Assembly (NCBI GenBank): GCA_938082545.1
Contig: CALKCL010000014.1
Coordinates: 12,286 to 76,285 of the forward strand
Length of the DNA: 64,000 bases
Reading direction: 5' to 3'
Origin: an uncultured Gammaproteobacteria bacterium
Lineage (GTDB): Bacteria; Pseudomonadota; Gammaproteobacteria; Ga0077536
Shown here: in pieces, positions 50,017-60,480 of the stretch
Layout of the letters: the number at the start of each line of letters is the position of its first letter
Numbering within the stretch: the stretch's first letter is position 1
Made by a program: the position numbers and the translations under genes
Notes under the pieces: model-generated
Told to the model about the DNA's origin: nothing
Database searches by the model: none
What the model saw: the letters and a program-made list of their open reading frames with translations, nothing else

Positions 50017-51534
50017 ATGAAAAATAACTATCCAGACTTGATTCGCAAAGCTTCAGTATACGACGTTGCCACAAAGACGCCATTAGACTTTGCCCCTTTG
50101 ATTTCTAAGCGCACAGGTTCTCAGATATGGTTTAAGCGAGAGGATTTACAGCCAGTTTTCTCTTACAAAATAAGGGGCGCTTATAATTTAATGTCATCGC
50201 TTTCGGATGAGATGATGCGTTCGGGAGTAGTGGCGGCTTCAGCTGGCAATCATGCGCAAGGTGTCGCTCTATCAGCTAAGAAGCTTGGAGTGAAAGCAAC
50301 TATTGTGATGCCTAAAACGACTCCAGAGATTAAAGTGGAAGCGGTTGTTCGTTTAGACGGGCATGTGATCTTGCACGGGAATAGCTACGATGATGCTAGT
50401 GAATATGCTCAGAAATTTGCGCTAGAGAAAAACATGCCTTACATTCCCCCGTATGATCATCCATTGGTTATTGCGGGGCAAGGAACGGTTGGCTTAGAAA
50501 TACTAGAACAATCTACAACCTTACCTGATGCTATTTTTGTGCCAGTGGGTGGAGGTGGTTTAATTAGCGGAGTAGCGGCGTACGTAAAATCGGTTGCGCC
50601 TACTGTTAAAATCATAGGGGTCGAGCCTGCCGAAGCGGCCAGTATGAGCGCTGCTTTATCATCCGGGCAGAGAGTAACTCTCGATCACATTGGAATCTTT
50701 GCGGACGGCGCCGCGGTAAAGCAAGTTGGAGAGGAGAATTTCCGCCTAGCGAAAGAGTATGTCGATGAAATGCTGACTGTCTCTATAGATGAAATGTGCG
50801 CTGCAGTTAAGGATATTTTCGAAGAAACGAGGTCCATAGCAGAGCCGGCGGGAGCCTTGGCTCTGGCCGGAGCAAAGCAGTACATTACAAAACACCCTAA
50901 TATCATAACTAATTCCGTTGCTATATTGAGTGGGGCGAACGTCAATTTTGATAGGCTAAGGCACATAGCGGAATTAGCCGAGCTTGGCGAACAGCGTGAG
51001 ATCTTAATTGGCGCGACTCTGCCTGAAGTAGCAGGAACCTTTAGGGATTTTTGTCATGCTCTCGGTCCACGTCTTATTACAGAGTTTAACTATAGAATGT
51101 CGAACGAAAATACAGCGGCTGTTTTTGCTGGGGTGAAGGTTAAAAATAGAGATAAAGAGCGTGAGATTCTAATAGATAATCTTACTGATAAGGGTTATCT
51201 ACCGATTGATATGACCGATGATGAAGTTGCGAAAATGCACCTTCGGTTCATGGTTGGTGGCCGTAGCAGCGTTCCTATAGAAGATGAGCGACTACTGAGG
51301 TTCGAATTCCCTGAAAGAGCTGGGGCGTTGCTCCATTTCCTTTCACACTTAGGTGATAAATGGAATATAAGTTTATTTCACTATCGTAATCATGGTGCAG
51401 CATATGGACGAGTTTTGATGGGGATCCAAGTCCCTGAGTCTGATTTTGCCGATTTTGAAAATACCCTTTCTAGTCTTGGATTCCCCTACGAAAATGAGAC
51501 AATGAATCCGGCTTATCGTTTGTTTTTGAATTGA
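50017..51534 (+). CDS. ilvA: Biosynthetic threonine dehydratase IlvA (PLP domain plus two ACT-like regulatory domains)
   Basis: PLP lysine motif [13 protein letters not shown] glycine loop, about 505 aa with duplicated C-terminal regulatory domain. Confidence 0.9.
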   Translation: MKNNYPDLIRKASVYDVATKTPLDFAPLISKRTGSQIWFKREDLQPVFSYKIRGAYNLMSSLSDEMMRSGVVAASAGNHAQGVALSAKKLGVKATIVMPKTTPEIKVEAVVRLDGHVILHGNSYDDASEYAQKFALEKNMPYIPPYDHPLVIAGQGTVGLEILEQSTTLPDAIFVPVGGGGLISGVAAYVKSVAPTVKIIGVEPAEAASMSAALSSGQRVTLDHIGIFADGAAVKQVGEENFRLAKEYVDEMLTVSIDEMCAAVKDIFEETRSIAEPAGALALAGAKQYITKHPNIITNSVAILSGANVNFDRLRHIAELAELGEQREILIGATLPEVAGTFRDFCHALGPRLITEFNYRMSNENTAAVFAGVKVKNRDKEREILIDNLTDKGYLPIDMTDDEVAKMHLRFMVGGRSSVPIEDERLLRFEFPERAGALLHFLSHLGDKWNISLFHYRNHGAAYGRVLMGIQVPESDFADFENTLSSLGFPYENETMNPAYRLFLN

Positions 51535-51675
51535 TTTAAAACACTGAGTTGTTGTTATCAATGTTATTGAGCTATGCTCTTCATGAGAGCTGTTGCTATA
51601 TAAGGAGGTTGGAAAATTCAAGACGATCCGCTTAGTGAATTTACAAGTCGTCCTTATTTCAAGGCGTCTTTCCTC

Positions 51676-52041
51676 GTGTTCGATCTAAAAGCGACCCATG
51701 AATTTTATACAGAGATTCTAGGGTGCCGTGTTATCGTAGAGACGGACACTCTTTTAGAAATGGATTTCTTTGGAAATCGTATAGTTGCTAGACTTGCAAG
51801 CAGTAGACTTTTAAAATCTGAGAGCCGTATTGGTTTGGGAGAACAATCCTTTCCTGTGTTTGGATTGGTGATGAGCTGGAAGGATTGGCATAGAGCTGTT
51901 GATCACATGAATTATATCGGTGTTGATTTTAAAGTCGCGCCTTATACAACTAGCAAAGGCACCAAGGAAGAAAGTGCTATTTTTTGTCTTTACGACCCTT
52001 CTGATAACATATTAGAGTTCAGAGCATATAGAAACATCTAA
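51676..52041 (+). CDS. VOC (glyoxalase/bleomycin-resistance/dioxygenase) family protein (GTG start)
   Basis: About 121 aa with beta-alpha-beta-beta-beta VOC-like N-terminus FDLKATHEFYTEILGCRV; overlaps trpC stop convergently by 4 nt. Confidence 0.55.
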   Translation: MFDLKATHEFYTEILGCRVIVETDTLLEMDFFGNRIVARLASSRLLKSESRIGLGEQSFPVFGLVMSWKDWHRAVDHMNYIGVDFKVAPYTTSKGTKEESAIFCLYDPSDNILEFRAYRNI

Positions 52042-52844
52042 TCTGCAGTCGATTCTGCGCTAAATATTTTAGAGAGTTGTTTGCCTGGGTCAGGAGCTTT
52101 CATAAACGCTTCCCCTACCAGGAATGAGTTAATCCCCCCATCTAGCAGCATTCGCACGTTACTGGGAGAATGTATACCAGATTCGGATACCACCAGTCGC
52201 TCTTTTCCGATGGTCCTACATAAGGTTAGACTCGTACGAAGGTCAGTTTCAAAGGTTTTTAGGTTACGATTGTTTATTCCAATGATAGCCTCCGAAATGG
52301 GTTCTGCTCGTGCTAGTTCATCAGCTGTATGTACCTCAATGAGAACATCCATACCTAGTTGCATTGCCTCTTCAGAGAGCTCTTTAAGCTGCTCATCTGA
52401 CAGGCACGCGACTATGAGTAAGACGCAGTCTGCACCAAGTAGGCGCGATTCAGATATCTGATAGCTGTCTATCATGAAGTCTTTTCTTAATATAGGGAGA
52501 TTACAAGAATTTTTCACTGATATTAAATCAGCATCACTGCCTTGAAAAAAAGGTACATCAGTTAGAACGGAGAGACAGCTCGCTCCTGCAGCTTCATAGG
52601 ATCTAGCGATCTCTGCGGGATTATAGTTCGAACAAATGACCCCTTTGCTCGGCGATGCTTTTTTGCACTCGGCGATTATTGCAGGTCGCTTCTTTTGTAT
52701 AGTAGAAATGAGCTTGGTTTTAAAGCCACGAGATTTGACCACACCAGAAATTTCGGCATTAATTTCAACGTGAGATTTTTTCTGCTTCCGTTCTAGTATT
52801 TCAAGTCTTTTAGACTCTATTATTTGAGTAAGTATATCTTTCAT
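52038..52844 (-). CDS. trpC: Indole-3-glycerol phosphate synthase TrpC
   Basis: MKDILTQII..KRLEI start, KKASPSKG phosphate-binding motif, TIM barrel; track ORF start 52967 overlaps trpD, so 52844 chosen. Confidence 0.85.
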   Translation of the reverse strand: MKDILTQIIESKRLEILERKQKKSHVEINAEISGVVKSRGFKTKLISTIQKKRPAIIAECKKASPSKGVICSNYNPAEIARSYEAAGASCLSVLTDVPFFQGSDADLISVKNSCNLPILRKDFMIDSYQISESRLLGADCVLLIVACLSDEQLKELSEEAMQLGMDVLIEVHTADELARAEPISEAIIGINNRNLKTFETDLRTSLTLCRTIGKERLVVSESGIHSPSNVRMLLDGGINSFLVGEAFMKAPDPGKQLSKIFSAESTAD

Positions 52845-52854
52845 AGTGTTGCAT

Positions 52855-53880
52855 TTACTGTTTAAAGGTGTGCGTGTAGTTAATGAAGTCTGAAAACTTT
52901 TTAGCAGCTTTACCCTCAATGAGAGCATTTGAAGCCATTTGAACACCTGAGCCAAGATCCGAGACAAGGCCGCCTACATATAGTGCCGCTCCTGCATTTA
53001 ACGCGACTACATTGTGGGCGGGACCTCTCTCTCCCCTAAATATCTGATTGATTATGAATAAGCTTTCGCTAGGGCTTGTCGCCAATAAGGCTTGGTTATT
53101 TTCTTCTTGCTGTATATTGAAGTCATCGGGCTTTATTTGGAAATGCTTGACGACTCCGTCCTTTACCTCGGCTACTGTTGTTGAGGCTGAAATGCTTATC
53201 TCATCCATACCATCGGCAGCACAAACTATAAGCGTATGCTTCGTTCCTAGTGTCTTTAATACATCAGCGATTTTTGGGACCCACATCGGTGAGAATACTC
53301 CTATCACTTGCCGATCAGCACTTGCAGGATTAGTCATCGGACCTAAGATATTAAATAAGGTTCGAGCTCCAATTTGTTTTCTTACTCTCCCTGCATGCCT
53401 TGTAGCCCCATGATGGGCGGGCGCGAACATAAAACCGATCCCATTAACATGCATACATTTAACTACTTGTTCGGGAGATAATGCTATAAGCGCACCTGCT
53501 GCCTCCAGCACATCTGCGCTGCCACTTGTGCTGCTAGCTGCCCTATTCCCATGTTTTGCTACGAGCCCGCCACATGCTGCAGTAACGAAAGCTGCAGCGG
53601 TAGATATATTGAAGCTGCTACTGCCATCTCCGCCAGTACCACAGGTGTCTATTAAAGGTGCAAGGCCAACATCTACTTTTGTAGCAAATTTACGCATCAC
53701 CGTGACAGCTGCTGAGATCTCATCAGTGGTTTCTTCTTTCATTTTTAATGCTATTAAAAATGCGGCTATTTGTACGTCAGAAATCGCACCGGACATCATT
53801 TCGGTCATTATTGTAGTCATTTCATCGTAGGAGAGATCATCACCGTCAGCTACTTGCTTTATATTTCTGCTAATGTCCAC
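52855..53880 (-). CDS. trpD: Anthranilate phosphoribosyltransferase TrpD
   Basis: DTCGTGGDG motif, KHGNRAASS motif, about 341 aa. Confidence 0.9.
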   Translation of the reverse strand: MDISRNIKQVADGDDLSYDEMTTIMTEMMSGAISDVQIAAFLIALKMKEETTDEISAAVTVMRKFATKVDVGLAPLIDTCGTGGDGSSSFNISTAAAFVTAACGGLVAKHGNRAASSTSGSADVLEAAGALIALSPEQVVKCMHVNGIGFMFAPAHHGATRHAGRVRKQIGARTLFNILGPMTNPASADRQVIGVFSPMWVPKIADVLKTLGTKHTLIVCAADGMDEISISASTTVAEVKDGVVKHFQIKPDDFNIQQEENNQALLATSPSESLFIINQIFRGERGPAHNVVALNAGAALYVGGLVSDLGSGVQMASNALIEGKAAKKFSDFINYTHTFKQ

Positions 53881-53890
53881 TTAGCCTACC

Positions 53891-54469
53891 TTATCGTTTT
53901 AAAAAATTTTCGAGCAACAGATGACCATGCTCAGTTAAGATTGATTCAGGATGAAATTGTATACCAAACAAAGGTAAGTTGAGATGCCTAATACCCATAA
54001 TTTCGTCTATTTCTCCATTTGGAAGCTTTGTCCATGCAGTGATCTTAAAGCACTCAGGCAGTGATTTTTGGTCTATGATTAATGAGTGATAACGCGTCGC
54101 TGTATAAGGGCTTGGAAGGTTCTCGAAAAGGTCTTTTTTATTATGGTGGATTAATGAAGTCTTCCCATGCATAACTTGACGTGCATGTGTAATTTTTCCG
54201 CCAAAGGCTTGCCCTAAACTTTGGTGGCCAAGACACACGCCAAGTATAGGCATGACTTTACTGAACTTTATTATAGTATCAATCGATATCCCCGCTTCAT
54301 TTGGGGAGCAGGGGCCTGGTGATATGACAATGTGAGTCGGTGCAATTTTGCTAATGTCCGAAGTTTTTATTTCATCGTTCCTTACAACTCTAACGTCTTC
54401 TCCTAATTCCCCCAAATATTGAACTAAGTTATAAGTAAAAGAGTCATAGTTGTCTATCATTAGGATCAT
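53891..54469 (-). CDS. trpG: Anthranilate synthase component II (glutamine amidotransferase) TrpG
   Basis: Class I GATase triad region GVCLGHQ and H..E; directly upstream of trpD. Confidence 0.85.
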   Translation of the reverse strand: MILMIDNYDSFTYNLVQYLGELGEDVRVVRNDEIKTSDISKIAPTHIVISPGPCSPNEAGISIDTIIKFSKVMPILGVCLGHQSLGQAFGGKITHARQVMHGKTSLIHHNKKDLFENLPSPYTATRYHSLIIDQKSLPECFKITAWTKLPNGEIDEIMGIRHLNLPLFGIQFHPESILTEHGHLLLENFLKR

Positions 54470-54470
54470 G

Positions 54471-55178
54471 TTAATTTATCAACTTTTTTTCTAATTCATC
54501 TAGATCGCCACAGAGTTTTTTTATTAATGAAGGGAGCAAATCTAGACTGTCAATCATAAAGCTCGGGTCATACTTTTTTAGATCAATACCACCGTGGTAT
54601 CCATAACTAACGCATATCGAATAAACATCAGCATTTTTCGCAGCTCGCAGATCTGTAATCGAATCTCCGACCATCACGGTATTATTGCGATCGCTGTTTG
54701 TTTGCTCGATTGCATGGATAATTGGTAGAGGACTAGGTTTTTTTTCTTTGAGGCTATTTCCTCCAAGAAGGATGTCAAACAGTTGGGCTAACCCCGCTTT
54801 TTCTAATAATGGCAATGCATACTCATAAGGTTTGTTAGTGATGCACCCTAGTTTAAAGCCTGCAGACTTTAACTCATCCAAAGATTCTAGAGCTCCTGAA
54901 TATATTACAGAATCGACGAATAAATTTTCGCTATAGTACTTGGAAAAGTCCTTGTAGACCTTTGAGAAATAATTTTCCGGTGCCACGCCATCCATTTCTT
55001 TTGTAATCGCTCTATGCATTAATTTAGCTGAACCTTCACCAATATAGGTGCGCGCAGTGAGCTCTGATAACGGTGCGATGTTAGCAGCCTTTAGACCGTT
55101 ATTAACTGCGGAGCAGATATCGGGGGCAGTATCGATTAGAGTGCCATCGAGATCAAATAGGACTAATTTCTCAGACAT
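54471..55178 (-). CDS. gph: HAD-superfamily phosphatase, phosphoglycolate phosphatase-like (Gph)
   Basis: HAD motif [12 protein letters not shown], motif III K, motif IV GDSITD; conserved rpe-gph pairing. Confidence 0.7.
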   Translation of the reverse strand: MSEKLVLFDLDGTLIDTAPDICSAVNNGLKAANIAPLSELTARTYIGEGSAKLMHRAITKEMDGVAPENYFSKVYKDFSKYYSENLFVDSVIYSGALESLDELKSAGFKLGCITNKPYEYALPLLEKAGLAQLFDILLGGNSLKEKKPSPLPIIHAIEQTNSDRNNTVMVGDSITDLRAAKNADVYSICVSYGYHGGIDLKKYDPSFMIDSLDLLPSLIKKLCGDLDELEKKLIN

Positions 55179-55179
55179 T

Positions 55180-55854
55180 TTAGGAATTAGTGTCTAGTTT
55201 TTTTCTAAGCTCGGAGATGGCTTTCTTATAGTTAGATTGATTGAATATGGCTGACCCAGCAACAAAAGTATCTGCTCCAGCTAAGCCGATGTCTCCAATA
55301 TTATCTACATTAATTCCACCGTCAACTTCAAGTCGTATGGGACAGCATGAATCGTCGATTAGCTTTCTCACAGCACTTATTTTAGTCAAGGTGCTTTTAA
55401 TGAAGGACTGGCCGCCAAACCCAGGGTTTACCGACATTAAGAGTATAATATCCAGCTTATCCATAACATGTTCAAGGTAGCTTAGAGATGTGGCGGGGTT
55501 TAGTACTAGGCCGGCTTTACAACCACCGTCTCTGATTTGCTGAAGATTTCTGTCCACATGCTCGCTCGCCTCCGGGTGAAACGTGATGCTGCTAGCTCCG
55601 CTTTCGATGAAATCGTCTATCAGTCTATCTACTGGCTTCACCATGAGATGGACATCAATGGGCGTCGAAATACCATGCGCCCGTAATGCTTTGCAAACCA
55701 TTGGTCCGATTGTTAAATTTGGCACGTAATGGTTATCCATTACATCAAAGTGGATCCAGTTGGCTCCCGCGTTTACGACCGCTTCCACTTCCTCGCCCAG
55801 TCTGGCGAAGTCAGCAGACAGGATGGATGGTGCTATGATTGGAGAAAACTTCAT
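55180..55854 (-). CDS. rpe: Ribulose-phosphate 3-epimerase
   Basis: [17 protein letters not shown]-terminus, [18 protein letters not shown] motifs. Confidence 0.9.
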   Translation of the reverse strand: MKFSPIIAPSILSADFARLGEEVEAVVNAGANWIHFDVMDNHYVPNLTIGPMVCKALRAHGISTPIDVHLMVKPVDRLIDDFIESGASSITFHPEASEHVDRNLQQIRDGGCKAGLVLNPATSLSYLEHVMDKLDIILLMSVNPGFGGQSFIKSTLTKISAVRKLIDDSCCPIRLEVDGGINVDNIGDIGLAGADTFVAGSAIFNQSNYKKAISELRKKLDTNS

Positions 55855-55928
55855 TTTTAACCCTAGTTCCGGCTACGATATTTTTGATTTTATCAGTACC
55901 CAAGTTTTAATTTTTTGTGAAAGCCATC

Positions 55929-55944
55929 GTATCAGTAATGATAC
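55929..55944 (-). promoter_or_regulatory. Perfect 6-4-6 palindrome GTATCA-GTAA-TGATAC about 75-90 nt upstream of rpe start; candidate operator
   Basis: Inverted repeat read directly; shares the 10-nt core TCAGTAATGA with a site in the phoB leader (6657-6666). Confidence 0.35.
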
Positions 55945-56015
55945 TCTACTGAATTGACAAAATTAATCACTAATTCTCTTCAAGAAGAGTGTGATGATTG
56001 GCCTATGAAGGCAGC

Positions 56016-57095
56016 TTAGTTCTTTTTATGCTCCAGTATGGCCCAATTTACGTGTTCAACAACCATTTCGTCTGGGAAAGTTAGTCTTTTCTCGAGCGCT
56101 TGTAGTACTTCTGGTGATGTTGGGGCATTTCCTAGAGCTATTGCAAGATTACGTATCCATTGGGGATAACTTACTCGTCTTATAGCAGATCCTATTGTTA
56201 TCTTTTCAAACTCGTCTTCGTCGAGAAGAAACAGATCTGTGAGTTTGGTCTTTTCGAGACCATGCCGGGGTGTAAAATCCGTCACAGCAGTTAATTTCGC
56301 ATACTTGTTCCAGGGACAAAACAATTGACAGTCGTCGCAACCGAATATTCGATTTCCAATAGATTTTCTAAACTCAATGGGGATCGATTTTTTTGATTCT
56401 ATAGTTAAGTAGGAAATGCAACGGTTAGCATCAAGTCGGTAAGGGGCGATGATTGCTTTTGTTGGACAAACATCAATACACTCCCTACAGGTTCCACAAT
56501 GGTTTTTAGGCTCGACTTTTGAAGGTTCTAACGGGATATCAGTGAAAATTTCTCCTAGAAAAAACATGGAACCATCTTTTTTACTTATCAGATTAGTATT
56601 TTTCCCGATCCAGCCTAGGCCGCTATTTCGGGCTAGCGCTCGTTCTAATACGGGCGCACTATCAGTAAATACGCGATAACCAAGAGAACCGACGTGATCT
56701 TGGATACTATTTGCAAGTTTCTTCAATTTGGATCTTAAAACTTTGTGATAGTCGCGACCCAATGCGTAACGCGAGACATAAGCGATATCAGCTTTTTCGA
56801 GAGCCTTAATTGAATCGTCAAGGTCCACACTGAGATAGTCGCACCGAACGGATATGACAGATAATGTCCCAGGTATTAGTTTTTTGGGATCATATCTTTT
56901 TGGAGCATTCTGTTCCAAGTATGCCATTGAGCCGTGGTACCCCTTATCTAACCAAGATTCGAGGTAACTAATGTCCGAATTCAACTCGAGGCTTGCGATT
57001 CCAACATCCTGAAAGCCCAGTTCAGACGCCCAAGTTTCGAGCTTCGAAACCATGTCTTCTTGGGAAAATTTTACTGGTAATACTATAGGTTCCAT
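56016..57095 (-). CDS. queG: Epoxyqueuosine reductase QueG
   Basis: Two 4Fe-4S ferredoxin motifs (CGTCRECIDVCP, CDDCQLFCPWN), C-terminal HEAT-like region, about 359 aa. Confidence 0.85.
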   Translation of the reverse strand: MEPIVLPVKFSQEDMVSKLETWASELGFQDVGIASLELNSDISYLESWLDKGYHGSMAYLEQNAPKRYDPKKLIPGTLSVISVRCDYLSVDLDDSIKALEKADIAYVSRYALGRDYHKVLRSKLKKLANSIQDHVGSLGYRVFTDSAPVLERALARNSGLGWIGKNTNLISKKDGSMFFLGEIFTDIPLEPSKVEPKNHCGTCRECIDVCPTKAIIAPYRLDANRCISYLTIESKKSIPIEFRKSIGNRIFGCDDCQLFCPWNKYAKLTAVTDFTPRHGLEKTKLTDLFLLDEDEFEKITIGSAIRRVSYPQWIRNLAIALGNAPTSPEVLQALEKRLTFPDEMVVEHVNWAILEHKKN

Positions 57096-57221
57096 GTATT
57101 AAAATAAGTATTTCTACTTTCCCTTGGGAGCTAGAATTTATTTTTTATGTGCCCAACACATAGTTATTAATATATCCTACTCGATATTGTCTAAGTTTTT
57201 ATAATACGCTGTAGCTAATAA

Positions 57222-58283
57222 GTGGGTGAAAATATGATTGAGCTATTCAGAACCTGGTATGACCGTTATTTCTCAGACCCTCAAGCGGCATTATTAGTAA
57301 CTGTACTGTTATTGTCATTTGGATGCTTGGCATTTTTTGGTGAAATGCTGGCGCCTTGTCTTGCCTCTGTGGTGATAGCTTATCTGCTCGAAACTTCTGT
57401 TTGTTCCCTTCAGAGACTCGGTTTTGGAAGGAATTTAGCTGCAGGAGTTATATTTACGGTATTCATCTTAGCTTTGATTCTTCTTGTTGGCGGTTTAGTT
57501 CCACTTTTATCGTCGCAGTTAACTAGTTTTGTGCGTGATTTGCCTGGCACCATTAACGTTTGGCGAGAGGCTTTATTGCAACTGCCAGAAACCTATCCAA
57601 ATTTCTTGTCTGCTGAGCAGATAGATGCTTTAACAGGCAGCGTCCGGACAAAAATTAGCAGTTTGGGGCAGAATGCACTTACTTTCTCTATTGCATCTAT
57701 CCCCGCAATGGTGACTTTGCTGGTTTACTTAGTGCTAGGGCCGGTCTTGGTCTTTTTTCTCTTAAAAGATAAAACACAAATCTTAGCTTGGTTGTTGAGT
57801 TATCTTCCGCAAGACCGAATGGTGCTATCTTCTGTTTGGAGAGACGTTGATCGACAGATAGGTAACTATGTCCGTGGAAAGTTTTACGAGATTTTAATAG
57901 TAGGACTAGTTTCTTATGTTTGCTTTGCGTCTTTAGGTCTTTCATATGCGCCGCTTCTTGCAGTTTTGACTGGAGTATCCGTGATCGTCCCTTACATTGG
58001 AGCGGTTGTGGTAACGGTGCCGATTGCGGTCGCGGCCTATAGTCAATTTGGTTTAGTAGGCGATCAGTTTTTCTGGACGATGGTCGTTTATGGCATTATT
58101 CAAGCTTTAGATGGGAACTTATTAGTGCCCTTACTCTTTTCAGATGTTGTTAATCTTCATCCTATAGCAATAATAATATCCATTCTGGTTTTTGGCGGAC
58201 TTTGGGGGTTCTGGGGAGTTTTTTTTGCTATTCCTTTGGCGACGTTGGTTCACTCCCTCCTCAATGCTTGGCCTAGAACTTAA
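57222..58283 (+). CDS. AI-2E family transporter (PerM/TqsA-like)
   Basis: About 8 TM, 353 aa, family-typical spacing of TM1-2 and 6 C-terminal TMs. Confidence 0.75.
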   Translation: MGENMIELFRTWYDRYFSDPQAALLVTVLLLSFGCLAFFGEMLAPCLASVVIAYLLETSVCSLQRLGFGRNLAAGVIFTVFILALILLVGGLVPLLSSQLTSFVRDLPGTINVWREALLQLPETYPNFLSAEQIDALTGSVRTKISSLGQNALTFSIASIPAMVTLLVYLVLGPVLVFFLLKDKTQILAWLLSYLPQDRMVLSSVWRDVDRQIGNYVRGKFYEILIVGLVSYVCFASLGLSYAPLLAVLTGVSVIVPYIGAVVVTVPIAVAAYSQFGLVGDQFFWTMVVYGIIQALDGNLLVPLLFSDVVNLHPIAIIISILVFGGLWGFWGVFFAIPLATLVHSLLNAWPRT

Positions 58284-58396
58284 TTTTTGCGATAAAGGTC
58301 TATTATTACAAACATGTAAGGCCCTCTTAGCGGTCTAGCCTTGTTCTAATATGCTCTAGAAGTTAATATCACTGTTTTATTCGATTAGCTCTTTAT

Positions 58397-59287
58397 ATGA
58401 TTTCTATTCAAGGCAGTATCGTTGCAATTGTGACTCCCATGAAGTCAGGTTGTGGACCCGAGACAGAAATTGACTTTTCTAGGCTTGATGAGTTAATTGA
58501 TTTTCATGTGGAGAACCAGACGGATGGCATAGTTGTCGCTGGTACTACAGGGGAATCTGCTACGTTAACTGAGCAAGAGCATTGTGATTTGATCGCGCGC
58601 GCAGTTAAGCTTGCCAAGGGACGTATTCCGGTGATTGCGGGTACGGGCGCAAATTCCACTCACGAGGCTATCCGGCTTACTGATTTTGCCAAAGAAGCCG
58701 GGGCGGATGCTTGTTTGCTGGTGACCCCTTACTACAATAAACCGACGCAAGAAGGGCTCTATCTGCATCACAAGATGATCGCTGAGTCAGTTGCGATACC
58801 ACAAATTTTATACAATGTACCAGGTAGAACTGCTTGTGACATGCTTCCTGATACTGTTGGTCGGTTGTCGGGTGTTGCTAATATTATCGGGGTTAAGGAA
58901 GCTACTGGTGATTTGTCACGCGTAGCTGCTATTAAGTCAAAGTGTCGGAAAGGCTTTTTGTTATTTAGCGGGGATGATGAGACTGCCTGTGATTTTATGC
59001 TTGAAGGAGGCGATGGAGTGATATCTGTTACCACTAATGTGGCGCCTAAGAAAATGTATGATCTTTGCATTGCGGCTAGATCTGGTCAGATTGATCGTGC
59101 CAAGGAGATCGATAGGCAATTAAATGCGTTACACAAAAATTTGTTTTTAGAAGCCAACCCGATTGCAGTGAAATGGGCTTTAGCCGAAATGGGTTTGGTT
59201 GATCAAGGTATCAGACTGCCGTTAACTTGGCTTTCAAGTGCCTACCATGAGCAGGTTCGAGACGCATTACGCCAAGCGGAAGTTTAG
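58397..59287 (+). CDS. dapA: 4-hydroxy-tetrahydrodipicolinate synthase DapA
   Basis: GSIVAIVTPM..VAGTTGES N-terminus, YYNKP motif, Schiff-base lysine in GVKEATG. Confidence 0.9.
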   Translation: MISIQGSIVAIVTPMKSGCGPETEIDFSRLDELIDFHVENQTDGIVVAGTTGESATLTEQEHCDLIARAVKLAKGRIPVIAGTGANSTHEAIRLTDFAKEAGADACLLVTPYYNKPTQEGLYLHHKMIAESVAIPQILYNVPGRTACDMLPDTVGRLSGVANIIGVKEATGDLSRVAAIKSKCRKGFLLFSGDDETACDFMLEGGDGVISVTTNVAPKKMYDLCIAARSGQIDRAKEIDRQLNALHKNLFLEANPIAVKWALAEMGLVDQGIRLPLTWLSSAYHEQVRDALRQAEV

Positions 59288-59356
59288 TTTTTACATCGGT
59301 TTAGAGTTTAATTTGAGTAGCTGTTTTTAGGCTACCAGCACAAAGGAAGTTATTTT

Positions 59357-60472
59357 ATGTCTAGAATTCTACTGGCAATAATGGTTACGGTATTACTACT
59401 AACCGTGGGTTGCAGTAAGATCGTTCAAAGTTTGGATCAAGTGAGGACAGACAATAAAAAATCTTACGAGAGGGCAAAAACTTTGCCTGATCTTGAGATT
59501 CCTCCTGGCTTAAGTACGGAAGCCATTAATGACCGAATGGTTGTACCTGAAGGAGGCGAGGTAGCGCGTTATTCCACCTATCAAGAAAGGAACAGCCCAT
59601 TATCTGACATCCAGTCAGCAAACGAGAACGAAAATCGTGATATTAAACTCCTAGATAATGAGCACTCATTGACGCTATCCTCAAGTCTTATTTCGGCATG
59701 GCCAATATTGAAAAATTTTATCGAGGGGGAGGGCTATGCTCTTGATCTGGATGACGTAGAACTGGGTATTATGGAAACAGCATGGAAGTTTGGTTCGAAA
59801 ATAAAAAGAGAAAAGATAAAAATATTTGGAGAGGATGGGCTAAATTCTGCAACTCTTTTTATTGCACTTGAGACTGAAGAGCTTGAGAGTCAAGGAGATG
59901 ACCTCGAGTGGCGGCGGCAACCAAGAAAAGTGCAAAGTGAGCGTGAATTCGTAGATAAGCTTTTTACGTATATACGACCTGAGTCAGGTTTAGATTCTCA
60001 AGAGCCTGTGCTCCTGGAAAGTCCAGCGAATGATTCGACCGCGGCGGCACGCCTGCCTAATACTGATTTGACGCCCATTCCCAGAGAAACGGGTGTTAGC
60101 CAGCTGATTAACGTGGGCGCGGGAAAGGTTTATTTGGCACTGAAGCAGGGCTATGATGCTTCTTGGAAAACGATAGGTGCTGCTCTTGAAGATGGAGATA
60201 TAAAAGTAAAAACCGCAGATAAGAGCCGAGGCGTCTATGTCATTTCCAGAAACCCTCGGATGGGCTCAGACCAGAAAGAAAAATCCGGGGTATGGCGAAA
60301 AATGAAGTTTTGGAAAAAAGGCAAGCAGAAGGAATTACAAATAAGTCTCACCGGAGTGGCTGATAAAACTGAAGTGGTTGTTCTTGATTCTAGTGGTAGA
60401 TGGGTAACAGGAGCGGAGTCCGATAATCTGTTACAAATGCTGCATGATACGGTAAATCGGAGCAGCCGCTAG
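59357..60472 (+). CDS. bamC: Outer-membrane lipoprotein, BamC (NlpB)-like
   Basis: Lipobox LTVGC; size and dapA-adjacent position match BamC; sequence-level similarity not verifiable by eye. Confidence 0.55.
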   Translation: MSRILLAIMVTVLLLTVGCSKIVQSLDQVRTDNKKSYERAKTLPDLEIPPGLSTEAINDRMVVPEGGEVARYSTYQERNSPLSDIQSANENENRDIKLLDNEHSLTLSSSLISAWPILKNFIEGEGYALDLDDVELGIMETAWKFGSKIKREKIKIFGEDGLNSATLFIALETEELESQGDDLEWRRQPRKVQSEREFVDKLFTYIRPESGLDSQEPVLLESPANDSTAAARLPNTDLTPIPRETGVSQLINVGAGKVYLALKQGYDASWKTIGAALEDGDIKVKTADKSRGVYVISRNPRMGSDQKEKSGVWRKMKFWKKGKQKELQISLTGVADKTEVVVLDSSGRWVTGAESDNLLQMLHDTVNRSSR

Positions 60473-60480
60473 CTTTACAG

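Noticed and set aside
52845-52967. Upstream extension of trpC overlapping trpD
   Set aside because: The canonical TrpC N-terminus starts at MKDILTQII (ATG 52844), 10 nt after the trpD stop. The extension would overlap trpD by 113 nt.
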